IMG/VR virus record: IMGVR_UViG_3300032272_000019
Location: 1 to 50,084 of that record
DNA: 50,084 bases
Source of the DNA: a virus
Lineage: Duplodnaviria > Caudoviricetes
Strand: one strand, 5' to 3'
The stretch's first letter is position 1. Every line of letters begins with the position of its first letter. Shown one piece after another: positions 28,152 to 37,450 of this stretch. Position numbers and translations under genes: made by a program. The notes beneath the pieces were generated by a model that was given only the letters and a program-made list of their open reading frames with translations, was not told the origin of the DNA and did not search any database.

Positions 28152-28670
28152 ATGATCAAACTGAACATAAAAACAAAACCGTTTTGGATGAAACTTGACA
28201 CGGACTACGATTTTAAGGTTCGGCCATTGTCCCCGGTTCTTTACAACTCCGCAAGTCAGTTCGCAGTACGCAAGTTGACCTTGCTTGATGCCCTGCGTCA
28301 GCAGGAACTGGAAGATAACGGGGAATCTACTCTGCCCGACTTGACGGATCCAGATATCCGCATCGGATACATCCAGGACTATATGGCAAAAAAACTGGGC
28401 GAGATGGGCATCATTGAATGGAAGGGCATCGGCGATGCCGAAGGTAAAACCGAACAGCCAGTGACGAAGGAAAATATTGAACTGGCCATGTCTATCCCCT
28501 GGCTGGCGAAAATTTTCTATCGAGAATACACCAGTTCAACGGATCAGGTCAGTACCGAGGGAAACGCATCCGGCTCCTCGCCCGCTGGCACTTCCAGCGA
28601 GACGGTGGGGCCGAATACTGCAACGGATGCCGGGAAGAACAACTCGAATGCGCTCGAGGAGAAAGTGTAG
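28152..28670 (+). CDS. Tail assembly chaperone (gpG-like)
   Basis: MIKLN..., IIEWKGIGDAEG...PVT.ENI; position. Confidence 0.8.
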   Translation: MIKLNIKTKPFWMKLDTDYDFKVRPLSPVLYNSASQFAVRKLTLLDALRQQELEDNGESTLPDLTDPDIRIGYIQDYMAKKLGEMGIIEWKGIGDAEGKTEQPVTKENIELAMSIPWLAKIFYREYTSSTDQVSTEGNASGSSPAGTSSETVGPNTATDAGKNNSNALEEKV

Positions 28671-28927
28671 ACGGGGAGTACTGCCCATATGTTGAACACG
28701 AATTGCAAACCCTTGAAGGGCTGGAGTTCTGGGAATTCATTGTGATGAATCAGAACCAGGTCCATCGTGGAGCGAATGGTCGCATGACCGGACTGGATTT
28801 TAAAACACTGTTGGCCGTTGCCGACGCCATGGGAGGCGACAAAAGGGCGACGGCATTTTTTTTACCTTATGCAGAGGCCGGGATTCTTGAGGCGTTGAGT
28901 CCCGATAACAATAACGATGGAGAATAA
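28559..28927 (+). CDS. -1 frameshift extension (gpGT-like)
   Basis: Slippery G GGA AAC at 28559-28565; -1 frame open: KRIRLLARWHF..GGAEYCNGC..CPY..QTLEG..GLDF. Confidence 0.8.
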   Translation, partial: GKRIRLLARWHFQRDGGAEYCNGCREEQLECARGESVDGEYCPYVEHELQTLEGLEFWEFIVMNQNQVHRGANGRMTGLDFKTLLAVADAMGGDKRATAFFLPYAEAGILEALSPDNNNDGE

Positions 28928-29141
28928 ACCCACAGCAGAAGAGGCACGGGAAGGTTTCAAGAGGCTGAGAGAGGCCTGCAAAAAGACATCGGATAGCATA
29001 GAGAAATTTGACGACAAGGTGCAACTCGCCGCAGAAAGTTTCGCGCAAATCCTCGGCGACTTTGAAGGCTCGGCAGTTCTCCATATTCAAAACGGAAAAG
29101 TTAGAAAGGCAGACGTTACCAGGGCTTATCGATTTAAATAG
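28917..29141 (+). CDS. Small protein with YezD/DUF2292-like C-terminus
   Basis: FEGSAVLHIQNGKVRKADVTRAYRFK. Confidence 0.5.
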   Translation: MENKPTAEEAREGFKRLREACKKTSDSIEKFDDKVQLAAESFAQILGDFEGSAVLHIQNGKVRKADVTRAYRFK

Positions 29142-29181
29142 TTAATTTTTTAAAGTAGTTATAGAGCTATCAGAACGAACT

Positions 29182-29231
29182 GACGCTCGGTTTCGCAGGA
29201 ATCTTTCCTGTGGCACCGGGCGTTTTTTTTT
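29182..29231 (+). terminator. Intrinsic terminator
   Basis: GACGCTCGGT...ACCGGGCGTT stem with inner CAGGAA/TTCCTG, followed by T9. Confidence 0.75.
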
Positions 29232-29248
29232 GGGGCAGGGTCGAAAAA

Positions 29249-32242
29249 ATGGCAACTAAACGAGTCAGTGTCCGGCTGGGCATGGACGGCGGAAAGAAAT
29301 TCCAGTCCGATATGGTTGAGACCGGAACGAAGTCCGACCAGGCACTGAAGAAAATAGATGATCGTTTGAAGGAGCTCACCCGCGACTCCAAACAGTCTGC
29401 GGCGGGGGTTCAGGTTCTTGAGACGAACAGCAATAAACTCAATCGAACATTCACACGCCTGTCAGGGCTGGCCGGTGGTATCTCCTTTGCCTTCCTCAGT
29501 CGGGAAGCCATTGGCACGATCGCGGATTTTGAACAGAAGATGGCCGGTGTTGAAGCCGTCACCAGCGCGAACCGGGAAGAGTTTGCGTCTTTAAGAGAAA
29601 CCGCCCGCGACATGGGTGCGGTCACGAAATTTGCTGCCGGGGAAGCTGCAGAAGGAATGGAGTTTCTCGGTCGTGCCGGGTTCAACGCCAAAGAAATCAT
29701 CGAGGCTATACCGGCAACGCTCAATCTTGCCGCTGCGGCTGAAGAGACACTCGGTCTTGCTCGTGCTTCTGATATTGCCTCTAATGTGGTCAGCACTTTC
29801 CGCAAAGAAGCCAGCGAAACCGGCAACGTTGTCGATATCCTCGCGTTCACATCTGCCAATGCCAATACCAATGTAGAACAACTTTCTGAAGGCTTGAAGC
29901 TGGCGGGTCCGATCGCCGCTGAGTTCAAGGTCGATCTCGAAAGCGTTGCTGCTGAACTCGGCGTGTTGTCGAATTCCGGCTTACAGGCCACTCTCGGCGG
30001 TACTGGGTTGCGTCGGGTGATCAAAGAGTTGGCGAATCCCTCAGAAGAACTCAAACGCCATATGGGCGGTCTGACCCTTGAACAGGATGGTCTGATCAAA
30101 GTGATGGATCAACTGAAAAAGTCCACCATATCCGGAGGTGAGGCGTTTGATATTTTTGGCGATCGAGGCGCACCTGCATTTCTGGTTTTGCGCACCGGCG
30201 CAGATATCGCCGCGCAACTGGATGAAGAACTGCGAAAAGCCGATGGGTCGGCACGGAAAATGGCAGACATCCGCATGGACACCATCACCGGCCAGTTCAC
30301 CCGATTGAAGAGTGTTGTGTCTGACCTGACTATTGGGGTGGGTGATAAAGGGCTGGGGGGAACGATCAAAGAAACCACCAGCTATTGGGCTGATTTCTTT
30401 GAGGCATTCAGCAAGGCCGATCGGATCAATTCCCGGCTTTCCAAAGGCACGACTTTGCAGGATCGGTTTATCAAAACCAATGTCGAGCTGGATAAATTAA
30501 GAACTCAACTGAAAGATTTCCCCACACTGGACTCAAAGACAACTTTAGCCAATGACAGGACAGGCCTGTTCCGTGCTCGGCTAAGAATTGTCACCCAGAT
30601 AGAAGAAAAAGAAACTCAGGTGGCGCGGATCCTGAAAGTCATTCTCGGGGATCTGGCAAAAAAACGGCAACTGGAAAAAGGCAAATCAGATGAAGACCTG
30701 AAAGCCGAGCTTGAAAATGCCAAACGCTTTGCAGAGATCCGCAAGGTCACTCTGGATGTAGAGAAACAACTCGCAGGCCTGGGGGATACCCGAGCCAAAG
30801 ACATTTTTGATGAAGAGAAAAAACTGCTCGAGAGCCTTGGTTCGTCCAGGGAGGGGGCCGGGGGTGAGGCTCTACAGGCGATTGCAAAAGCAGAAGCCGA
30901 GATCCGCAATCTCACCAACGAAAAACTGTCGAAACTGAACGATGAGCTTTTAAAGCAGGATGAAAAATCACTGGCCTCCAACGCCAAGTTTGTCGCGTCC
31001 TACTCCGACCGGGTTGCTGCGTTGGTCAATTCGAATGAAGAGACGTTCGTGGCCGGTGAGTTGGCGAAACTGAATGCCGATGCCACTGCCGAGCAGCGCA
31101 AGGAAGTCGATGCGTCGGCTCGGGCGTTCTTCAACTTCCAGGAGCAGGTCAAGGAAGCCGCGAAAGCGGAAAAAGAGCTGGATAAAAACCGAACATCGGA
31201 TGACAAGTTCATTGATGATCTGGAACGCCAGGTCAATCTCATTGGCGCTACCAATGAGGAGATTGAAAAGAGCTTGCTCCTCTCAAAACTTTCTGCTGAT
31301 GCAACCCCTGAAAGAATAGATGAAGTTAAAAGAATTATTGAGCAGATGCAGGTATTAAAGCGTGAAAACAAAAGAGATGAAGAATTCCGGGGACGGGCAA
31401 AAGATATCTTTGAGGGCACTCGGACGCTGGATGAAAACCTGAATCGTGATCTCGATGAGTTGGACCAGTTATTAAATCAAAATCTCATCACTGCCGACAC
31501 CTTCACCCGGCAGACAGGAATTCTTTTTGAGCAATACCGGGAAGACTTGAAAAAAGCCAAGGGCGATACCTCTGATTTTGAAAAGGATGTTCTGAAGTCT
31601 GTGGACAACGTAGCCAGCGGTTTTCAACGCGATCTGACTGACAGCATTGGCGAAGCTCTGGACGGCGCGGGGAACGAGTTTGACAGCTTTATAAATGTCC
31701 TGAAATCTTTCCGCAACGAAGTGATACGTCTTTCAATTGCCAAACCGGTGGCAAGTTTCTTCACAGATGCGGCGGGCTCACTGGTAAAAAGCTTTTTCAA
31801 CTCATCTCCTGCCACTTCGGATCCGGTTGATGGCCTTCTCGATGATCGGGAGTTTTCTTCCAAGGGCAACGCTTTCGATCGCGGCCGGGTGCAACAGTTC
31901 TCAAAAGGGGGGATTCAGGATTTCCCGTCATTTTTCCCGATGGCCAAAGGCATTGGATCCATATCTGAAGAACGGCCGGAAGGCATCTTCCCACTGGTGC
32001 GCCTCACCAATGGTGATCTCGGAGTGCAGGGCCAGAACGGCGGTGCGCCGGTGTTCAACCTGACCGTCAACAACAACACACCGGCGCAGGTGCAGTCACG
32101 GGAGACCCAAAACGGTTCCGGGGGTCTTGATATTGAATTGACCATCCTGCAGGCGGTGGCAGATGACATTAACGGGGGTGATGGCCCGGTGACAGATGCA
32201 CTGGGCACAACCTTTGGACTTCAACAACAATTACCGAGTTGA
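29249..32242 (+). CDS. Tail tape measure protein (TP901-type core)
   Basis: FEQKMAGVEAVT, TKFAAGEAAEGME.LGRAGF, NTNVEQL, GT.LR; C-terminal E..PE.I.PL.R...G.LGV. Confidence 0.93.
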   Translation: MATKRVSVRLGMDGGKKFQSDMVETGTKSDQALKKIDDRLKELTRDSKQSAAGVQVLETNSNKLNRTFTRLSGLAGGISFAFLSREAIGTIADFEQKMAGVEAVTSANREEFASLRETARDMGAVTKFAAGEAAEGMEFLGRAGFNAKEIIEAIPATLNLAAAAEETLGLARASDIASNVVSTFRKEASETGNVVDILAFTSANANTNVEQLSEGLKLAGPIAAEFKVDLESVAAELGVLSNSGLQATLGGTGLRRVIKELANPSEELKRHMGGLTLEQDGLIKVMDQLKKSTISGGEAFDIFGDRGAPAFLVLRTGADIAAQLDEELRKADGSARKMADIRMDTITGQFTRLKSVVSDLTIGVGDKGLGGTIKETTSYWADFFEAFSKADRINSRLSKGTTLQDRFIKTNVELDKLRTQLKDFPTLDSKTTLANDRTGLFRARLRIVTQIEEKETQVARILKVILGDLAKKRQLEKGKSDEDLKAELENAKRFAEIRKVTLDVEKQLAGLGDTRAKDIFDEEKKLLESLGSSREGAGGEALQAIAKAEAEIRNLTNEKLSKLNDELLKQDEKSLASNAKFVASYSDRVAALVNSNEETFVAGELAKLNADATAEQRKEVDASARAFFNFQEQVKEAAKAEKELDKNRTSDDKFIDDLERQVNLIGATNEEIEKSLLLSKLSADATPERIDEVKRIIEQMQVLKRENKRDEEFRGRAKDIFEGTRTLDENLNRDLDELDQLLNQNLITADTFTRQTGILFEQYREDLKKAKGDTSDFEKDVLKSVDNVASGFQRDLTDSIGEALDGAGNEFDSFINVLKSFRNEVIRLSIAKPVASFFTDAAGSLVKSFFNSSPATSDPVDGLLDDREFSSKGNAFDRGRVQQFSKGGIQDFPSFFPMAKGIGSISEERPEGIFPLVRLTNGDLGVQGQNGGAPVFNLTVNNNTPAQVQSRETQNGSGGLDIELTILQAVADDINGGDGPVTDALGTTFGLQQQLPS

Positions 32243-32245
32243 CCG

Positions 32246-32593
32246 ATGGCGAATCCAACATGGCCCGCAACATTACCCGATGGACCTCTTGTGCGGGGTT
32301 ATAGCGAAACTTTCCCCGAGCTGGAGTTGCGGACTGCGATGGATAAAGGTCCGGCCAAAGTCCGCAAAGAGATTTCTGCCAATGTCACACCTGTGACTTA
32401 TAACTTCAGCCTGACCAAAGCCCAGGTGATTATCTTAAGAGATTTTCACAAGACTACAGTCGGCAAACGGTTTGACTGGACCGAGCCGTTGAGCGGTTCG
32501 ACCGTCGAGTTCCGTTTTGTCGGGGCCCCAAAAGTTTCCGGGAAATCACGCCTGAAATTCATTGTCAGTGTTCAGTTGGAGATCATGCCGTGA
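32246..32593 (+). CDS. Distal tail protein
   Basis: WPATLP, LRT.MD.GPAKVR, F.WT.P, V..QLEIMP. Confidence 0.75.
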   Translation: MANPTWPATLPDGPLVRGYSETFPELELRTAMDKGPAKVRKEISANVTPVTYNFSLTKAQVIILRDFHKTTVGKRFDWTEPLSGSTVEFRFVGAPKVSGKSRLKFIVSVQLEIMP

Positions 32594-33072
32594 CCAATTT
32601 TTCCAGCACGTTTAAAGAGGCGTTGTCGTTGCCGGAAACGGATGAGGTGATTATTGTGTTGATCACCATCGACCACTCGACGTTCCTGTCCCCGATCCGT
32701 GTCAGTTCCGATGGTGTGGACACGTTAAGTCGCGGTGATACCTATGTCAGCTTCCCGTTTGATCTGAGGTTGCCGAGGGATGCTCCGAACGGGGTCTATC
32801 GGGCGCAGTTGACCGTCGACAATATTGACAAGCAGATTGTCGAGGCCCTGCGGTTGATCCCGAAAGGTGCTGCCGAACGCCCAATGGTGACGATGGAAAT
32901 TGTTCTGCATTCTGATCCCGATCATGTCGAGGCATCGATGCCGGATTATATTCTCAGCGCAGTTAGCTACAACAAATTGACGGTGACCGGCGACTTGAGT
33001 GTAGAGAAATTTTTAAATATGGGGTTTCCCCACAAGATGATCACGCCGGGGAATTTCCCGGCTGCTTTTTAA
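32590..33072 (+). CDS. DUF1833 minor tail protein
   Basis: LITIDH...PIRV, FPFDL.LP, L.VDNID, TP.NFP..F. Confidence 0.85.
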   Translation: MTNFSSTFKEALSLPETDEVIIVLITIDHSTFLSPIRVSSDGVDTLSRGDTYVSFPFDLRLPRDAPNGVYRAQLTVDNIDKQIVEALRLIPKGAAERPMVTMEIVLHSDPDHVEASMPDYILSAVSYNKLTVTGDLSVEKFLNMGFPHKMITPGNFPAAF

Positions 33073-33225
33073 CCACTCGGCGTGGGGCCAATTAAACCCT
33101 ATGACATGGATGCGAATAAACACAGATGCTTCGAGGGCCTCAGCATGACAGCAACCCCCTCAATCCCCCTTGTCAGGGGGAAGTTATTAGCTCCCTCTTT
33201 TTTAAAGAGGGCTGGGGTGATTAAC
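33071..33225. repeat. Composite repeat cluster (families A, C, B plus 37-bp insert)
   Basis: Each unit matches copies elsewhere in the window. Confidence 0.85.
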
Positions 33226-33238
33226 CTTAAGTGAACTT

Positions 33239-33682
33239 ATGAAACCTTTTGACATTTCACCTTATATCGGTGTGCCCTTTCTCGAGCATGGCCGTGACCC
33301 GAACGGCTGGGATTGCTGGGGGTCTTTTTATTACCTGCGCAAAGTCGGTGGTGAGCCGGTGCCGTGTTATTCGGGCCGATACGACGATGTGCGCGATCGT
33401 GAACAACTCGATCACCTGATCAGTAATGAGATGTCACCGTGGGAAAAAATTGAGATCTATCAAGCGGGATTCGGTGATGGGGTGCTTTTGAAAATTGAGA
33501 ACCTGCCGGTTCATATTGGGTTCTATCTTGGGAATAAACAGTTTCTGCACGTTCATGCAGGAATTGAAACGACCGTCGAACGGTTGGACAGTCTGTTCTG
33601 GAAGAGACGGGTTGAAGGTTTGTATCGGCAACGTGACGTTGCATCCAATGAAAATCCTCAAAGATATAGGGGTGAGGCATGA
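33239..33682 (+). CDS. NlpC/P60 tail-associated peptidase
   Basis: YIGVPF...GRD..G.DCWG, HIG.Y, FLH. Confidence 0.9.
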   Translation: MKPFDISPYIGVPFLEHGRDPNGWDCWGSFYYLRKVGGEPVPCYSGRYDDVRDREQLDHLISNEMSPWEKIEIYQAGFGDGVLLKIENLPVHIGFYLGNKQFLHVHAGIETTVERLDSLFWKRRVEGLYRQRDVASNENPQRYRGEA

Positions 33683-36600
33683 CTGAGGTTTTAAAACCTG
33701 TCCGGCCGACATCGGCCCTCATAGTTCACGCTGCGCCGAACCCGTTCACCAATGAACGGACGGAATATGTTTTTGATCGCGGTATGACGGTTTTACAGAT
33801 TCTGTTTTCGATCACCGGTGACAAGATTTTGCAACGTCACGCCCATGTTTTCATCGGTGATATTCATATTCCAAAACATATGTGGAGCCATGTTCGTCCG
33901 AAACCCGGATCGATCATCAGCATCCGCATCGTGCCACAGAATCCGGGTGGAGGCGGAGGCGGTGGAAAGAAAGATCCGTTCCGCACCATTCTATCGATCG
34001 CAGTTATCGCTGCGGCCGCTTATGCCGGGCCCGCGATAGGTGGAGCATTCAAACTGACCGGCACGGCTTTGAAAGTCGGGTCGGCTTTGGGGTCGGCTGT
34101 TGTGGGTGTGGCCGGGAACCTGGTGTTGAATGCCATCGCACCCCCCTCTTCACCATCTGCGCGGGGATTAACGCAGCTTTCCGGTGTGCAGGGGGTGAAG
34201 GACAGTCCGACCTATTTAATCCAAGGGGCTCGAAACACGCTCCGGCCTTATGCGCCGGTTCCTATCATTCTCGGAAAGCATCGCGTGGTGCCGGCATTGC
34301 TGGCGAAGACCTACACCGAACTGGTGGGCGATCAGCAATGGTTCCGCATGGCGTTGTTGGTCGGCAGTGGACCGCTTGATATTTCCGACATCAAAATTGG
34401 CACGACTGCACTTGCTAATTTCGAGCACGAGGTCGAGATATTACAGGGATACGACGCCGACCCGGCACCGACCTTGTTCACCCAGAATATAACGGAGGTA
34501 ACTCCGGACATAGAGCTGAAACAGTCGGAAGGCTGGCAGGTTCAAACTACGGAACTTGATATTGATGAAATCAGTGCCGACATTCAGTTTAAAAAAGGCC
34601 TTGCCCAGTTCACCTCCAATACTGGAAAAAGTTCGCGCACGGTCACGGTCGAGCTGGAGTATTCCCCTGCAGGGGCTGATACCTGGACAGCGGTGCACAC
34701 TTTTACAATCACCGGAAAACAGTCCAATGCGTTATTGCGCGGTCATCGGTGGAAGGTCGCGACCGGCCAGTATGATGTGCGCATGCGTAGAACGACAACC
34801 CATTCCAGCAACGTCAATATCGTTGATGATGTGTGGTTCAGTACCCTGCGTTCGATCAAATGTGAGAATCCCATCAATGACACCAATGTCGCAGCAATCA
34901 TTCTGCGTATTCGCGCCACTGGAAAACTCAACGGACTGGTCGATCAGCTCAACTGCCTGGCGCAGACGATCTGTAAGGACTGGGACAGTGGCACCCAGAC
35001 CTGGATTGAACGAATCACCAACAACCCGGCCAGTCTATATCGCTATGTGTTGCAGGGTCCGGGCATTGCCAAACCGGTACTGGATTCACGCATCGACCTT
35101 GAGGATCTGCAGGCTTTTCACGACCGTAATGTTTCACGCGGATTCGAATTCAATATGGTGGTTGATTTCAAGTCCTCAGTCGGTATTTCGATTGACGATA
35201 TCTGTTCCTCGGCACGGGCCTCGAAAGCGTTGCACGATGGCAAGTGGGGGGTGATTCTCGACGACACGAAAACCGTGCCGGTGCAGATGTTCACCGAGCG
35301 CAATAGCTGGGGGTTTGATTCGCGCATTATTTTTGATGAACTTCCGCACGGCTGGCGGGTGCGATTCGCCAATGAAGAGCAGGACAATAAGCAGGATGAG
35401 ATGATCGTCTATGCCGATGGGTTCGACGAAAACAATGCCACCCAACTTGAGAACCTCAGTTTAAACGGCATCACCAAACCCGATCTCATCTGGAAGAACG
35501 GGCGTTATCATTATGCGGTGGCGCAGGAAAGGCCGGAGGCTTACACGATTTTTACCGATGTGGAGAATGTAGTTTGTCGGCGGGGGGATTTCATCCGTTT
35601 GAATCACGAGATCGCGTTGATCGGTGAAGGATCCGCAAGAATAAAAGTGGTTCAGAGTAATGGTACCCACGCCACCGGTGTGACGCTTGATGATGCGGTG
35701 ACGATGTTGGCGGGTAAGACCTACAACATTCGAGCCCGCCATAAAGATATGACCCAGACGGCCATTGCTGTGGTGAACACTGAGAACGAAACCTTCTCCC
35801 TCACATTTGTCACGCCGATTCTATTGGCCAGTGCTCCCAAGGTTCAGGACCTGATCGGGTTCGGGCAAGTGGCGAAGGAGACCGGCGATATGATCGTGAA
35901 ACGCATTGATCCGGGTCCGAACCTGACCGCGAAACTCACCGTGCTCGATCTGGCGCCGCAGATCCAGAGCGCAGATTCAGGGACGATCCCGACCCACACT
36001 TCCAATTTAACCCAGGCGACAGGGATCAATATCCCACTGGTCCAGCAGGTGCGTTCAGACGGAACGGTTTTGCTGGATGCTCCGGACGGTTCTTTCATCA
36101 CAAGGGTGCTCATCGGTTTTCGGGTGCCTTCAGGAATCCAGAGCGACATCACCGGCATTCGTGCGCGGTTCCGCCCGAAAGACTCTGAAGGACCGTGGCT
36201 GTTCTCGACGGTGCAGGATGTGGAGACCGGTGAAATGTCTATTCTTGAAGTCGATGACAGGCAGGAAATCGAGTTCCAGTTGCAGTACATCACCAAGGAT
36301 GGCGAAGAGGGGGACTTCAATACACTGACCACTCACACCGTCATAGGTAAAGACGGCAAACCCGCAGACGTTTTGGATTTCAGTGCCCAACAAAATGGCA
36401 ACAACGTCAATTATCGCTGGGGCAAGCATCCGGAGAAAGACATCAAGGGCCATGAGTTGCGCTATATGCCGCAGGGCATTGACTTCGACTGGGCCTCTGC
36501 GAATTTTCTCACTGACAAGACCGGCGGTACTTTGATCTTGAACGGCGGTCTGCCGCCTGGAACCTGGACTGTTGGAATCAAGGCGCAGGATTTCTCAGGA

Positions 36601-37314
36601 AATGAATCGGTCAACCCGACCCTGTTCAACATAACTGTGGTGAATTTTGGCAATGAGATTTTATCTCGGGAAGAACAACCCACCTGGCCGGGCACGAAGA
36701 TCAATTTTATTTTGCATGAAATTTCCAACAAACTCATTCCTCGTTCAAAGGATACCGATTCACTCGCTGATGATGTGTTCGATGTTTTTATTCCCCGACC
36801 TGAAGAGGAATGTATTTATCAGGGGCCGGAACTGGACCTCGGTTTCGATGCCAAAGGCGCAAGGGTTTGGGGCGAGTTGACGGCCAGACTGGGACCGGGC
36901 GAGACGGTTGGTGCTGCCGACCCGAAACTTGAAATCGATTTTAAACCACAGGGCGGGTCGTATTCAGGGTTCATCCCCTGGGACATCGGCGAGGTCGATG
37001 CGCAATTTATAAAATGCCGGGCGAAGATAGACAACACCTCTGGTGTGACCGTTTTAGAAAAATTCAAGGAAGTTGCAGACGTGGCGGACATCACGGACGG
37101 GGACACCGGCGTGGTTATCCCGATCGGAGGTAAAATTATTTCCTTCAATAAAAACTTTCATCTCACCCCACGGGTCGAGGTTTCGGCGCAGGGCAGTACC
37201 GCGTTGATCGCAACTTTCGACCTGGTAAACACGACAACCTTTAAAGCTTTTGTTTTTAACACATCAGATGAAGATGTCGGCGGCACCATCAACTGGGACG
37301 CTATCGGAGCGTGA
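33679..37314 (+). CDS. Tail tip/host specificity protein (gpI-gpJ-like fusion)
   Basis: N-terminal Ubl-like/gpI region (PVPIILGKHRV.P), gpJ motifs (T.NPA, GKWGV), FN3-like segments. Confidence 0.9.
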   Translation: MTEVLKPVRPTSALIVHAAPNPFTNERTEYVFDRGMTVLQILFSITGDKILQRHAHVFIGDIHIPKHMWSHVRPKPGSIISIRIVPQNPGGGGGGGKKDPFRTILSIAVIAAAAYAGPAIGGAFKLTGTALKVGSALGSAVVGVAGNLVLNAIAPPSSPSARGLTQLSGVQGVKDSPTYLIQGARNTLRPYAPVPIILGKHRVVPALLAKTYTELVGDQQWFRMALLVGSGPLDISDIKIGTTALANFEHEVEILQGYDADPAPTLFTQNITEVTPDIELKQSEGWQVQTTELDIDEISADIQFKKGLAQFTSNTGKSSRTVTVELEYSPAGADTWTAVHTFTITGKQSNALLRGHRWKVATGQYDVRMRRTTTHSSNVNIVDDVWFSTLRSIKCENPINDTNVAAIILRIRATGKLNGLVDQLNCLAQTICKDWDSGTQTWIERITNNPASLYRYVLQGPGIAKPVLDSRIDLEDLQAFHDRNVSRGFEFNMVVDFKSSVGISIDDICSSARASKALHDGKWGVILDDTKTVPVQMFTERNSWGFDSRIIFDELPHGWRVRFANEEQDNKQDEMIVYADGFDENNATQLENLSLNGITKPDLIWKNGRYHYAVAQERPEAYTIFTDVENVVCRRGDFIRLNHEIALIGEGSARIKVVQSNGTHATGVTLDDAVTMLAGKTYNIRARHKDMTQTAIAVVNTENETFSLTFVTPILLASAPKVQDLIGFGQVAKETGDMIVKRIDPGPNLTAKLTVLDLAPQIQSADSGTIPTHTSNLTQATGINIPLVQQVRSDGTVLLDAPDGSFITRVLIGFRVPSGIQSDITGIRARFRPKDSEGPWLFSTVQDVETGEMSILEVDDRQEIEFQLQYITKDGEEGDFNTLTTHTVIGKDGKPADVLDFSAQQNGNNVNYRWGKHPEKDIKGHELRYMPQGIDFDWASANFLTDKTGGTLILNGGLPPGTWTVGIKAQDFSGNESVNPTLFNITVVNFGNEILSREEQPTWPGTKINFILHEISNKLIPRSKDTDSLADDVFDVFIPRPEEECIYQGPELDLGFDAKGARVWGELTARLGPGETVGAADPKLEIDFKPQGGSYSGFIPWDIGEVDAQFIKCRAKIDNTSGVTVLEKFKEVADVADITDGDTGVVIPIGGKIISFNKNFHLTPRVEVSAQGSTALIATFDLVNTTTFKAFVFNTSDEDVGGTINWDAIGA

Positions 37315-37340
37315 AGAAAATTATTATTAAATTTAAATCC

Positions 37341-37418
37341 AACCCGCCCTCTCTCCCTCCCTATGAAGGGAGGGATGCAATTTACTTCCCCCTTGACAAG
37401 GGGGGATTGAGGGGGGTT
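37341..37418. repeat. Family B double hairpin
   Basis: TCCCTCCCTATGAAGGGAGGGA; TCCCCCTTGACAAGGGGGGATTGAGGGGGGTTG. Confidence 0.8.
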
Positions 37419-37450
37419 GCTTTGCTTATAAAACTTAACAGGAAACCATC

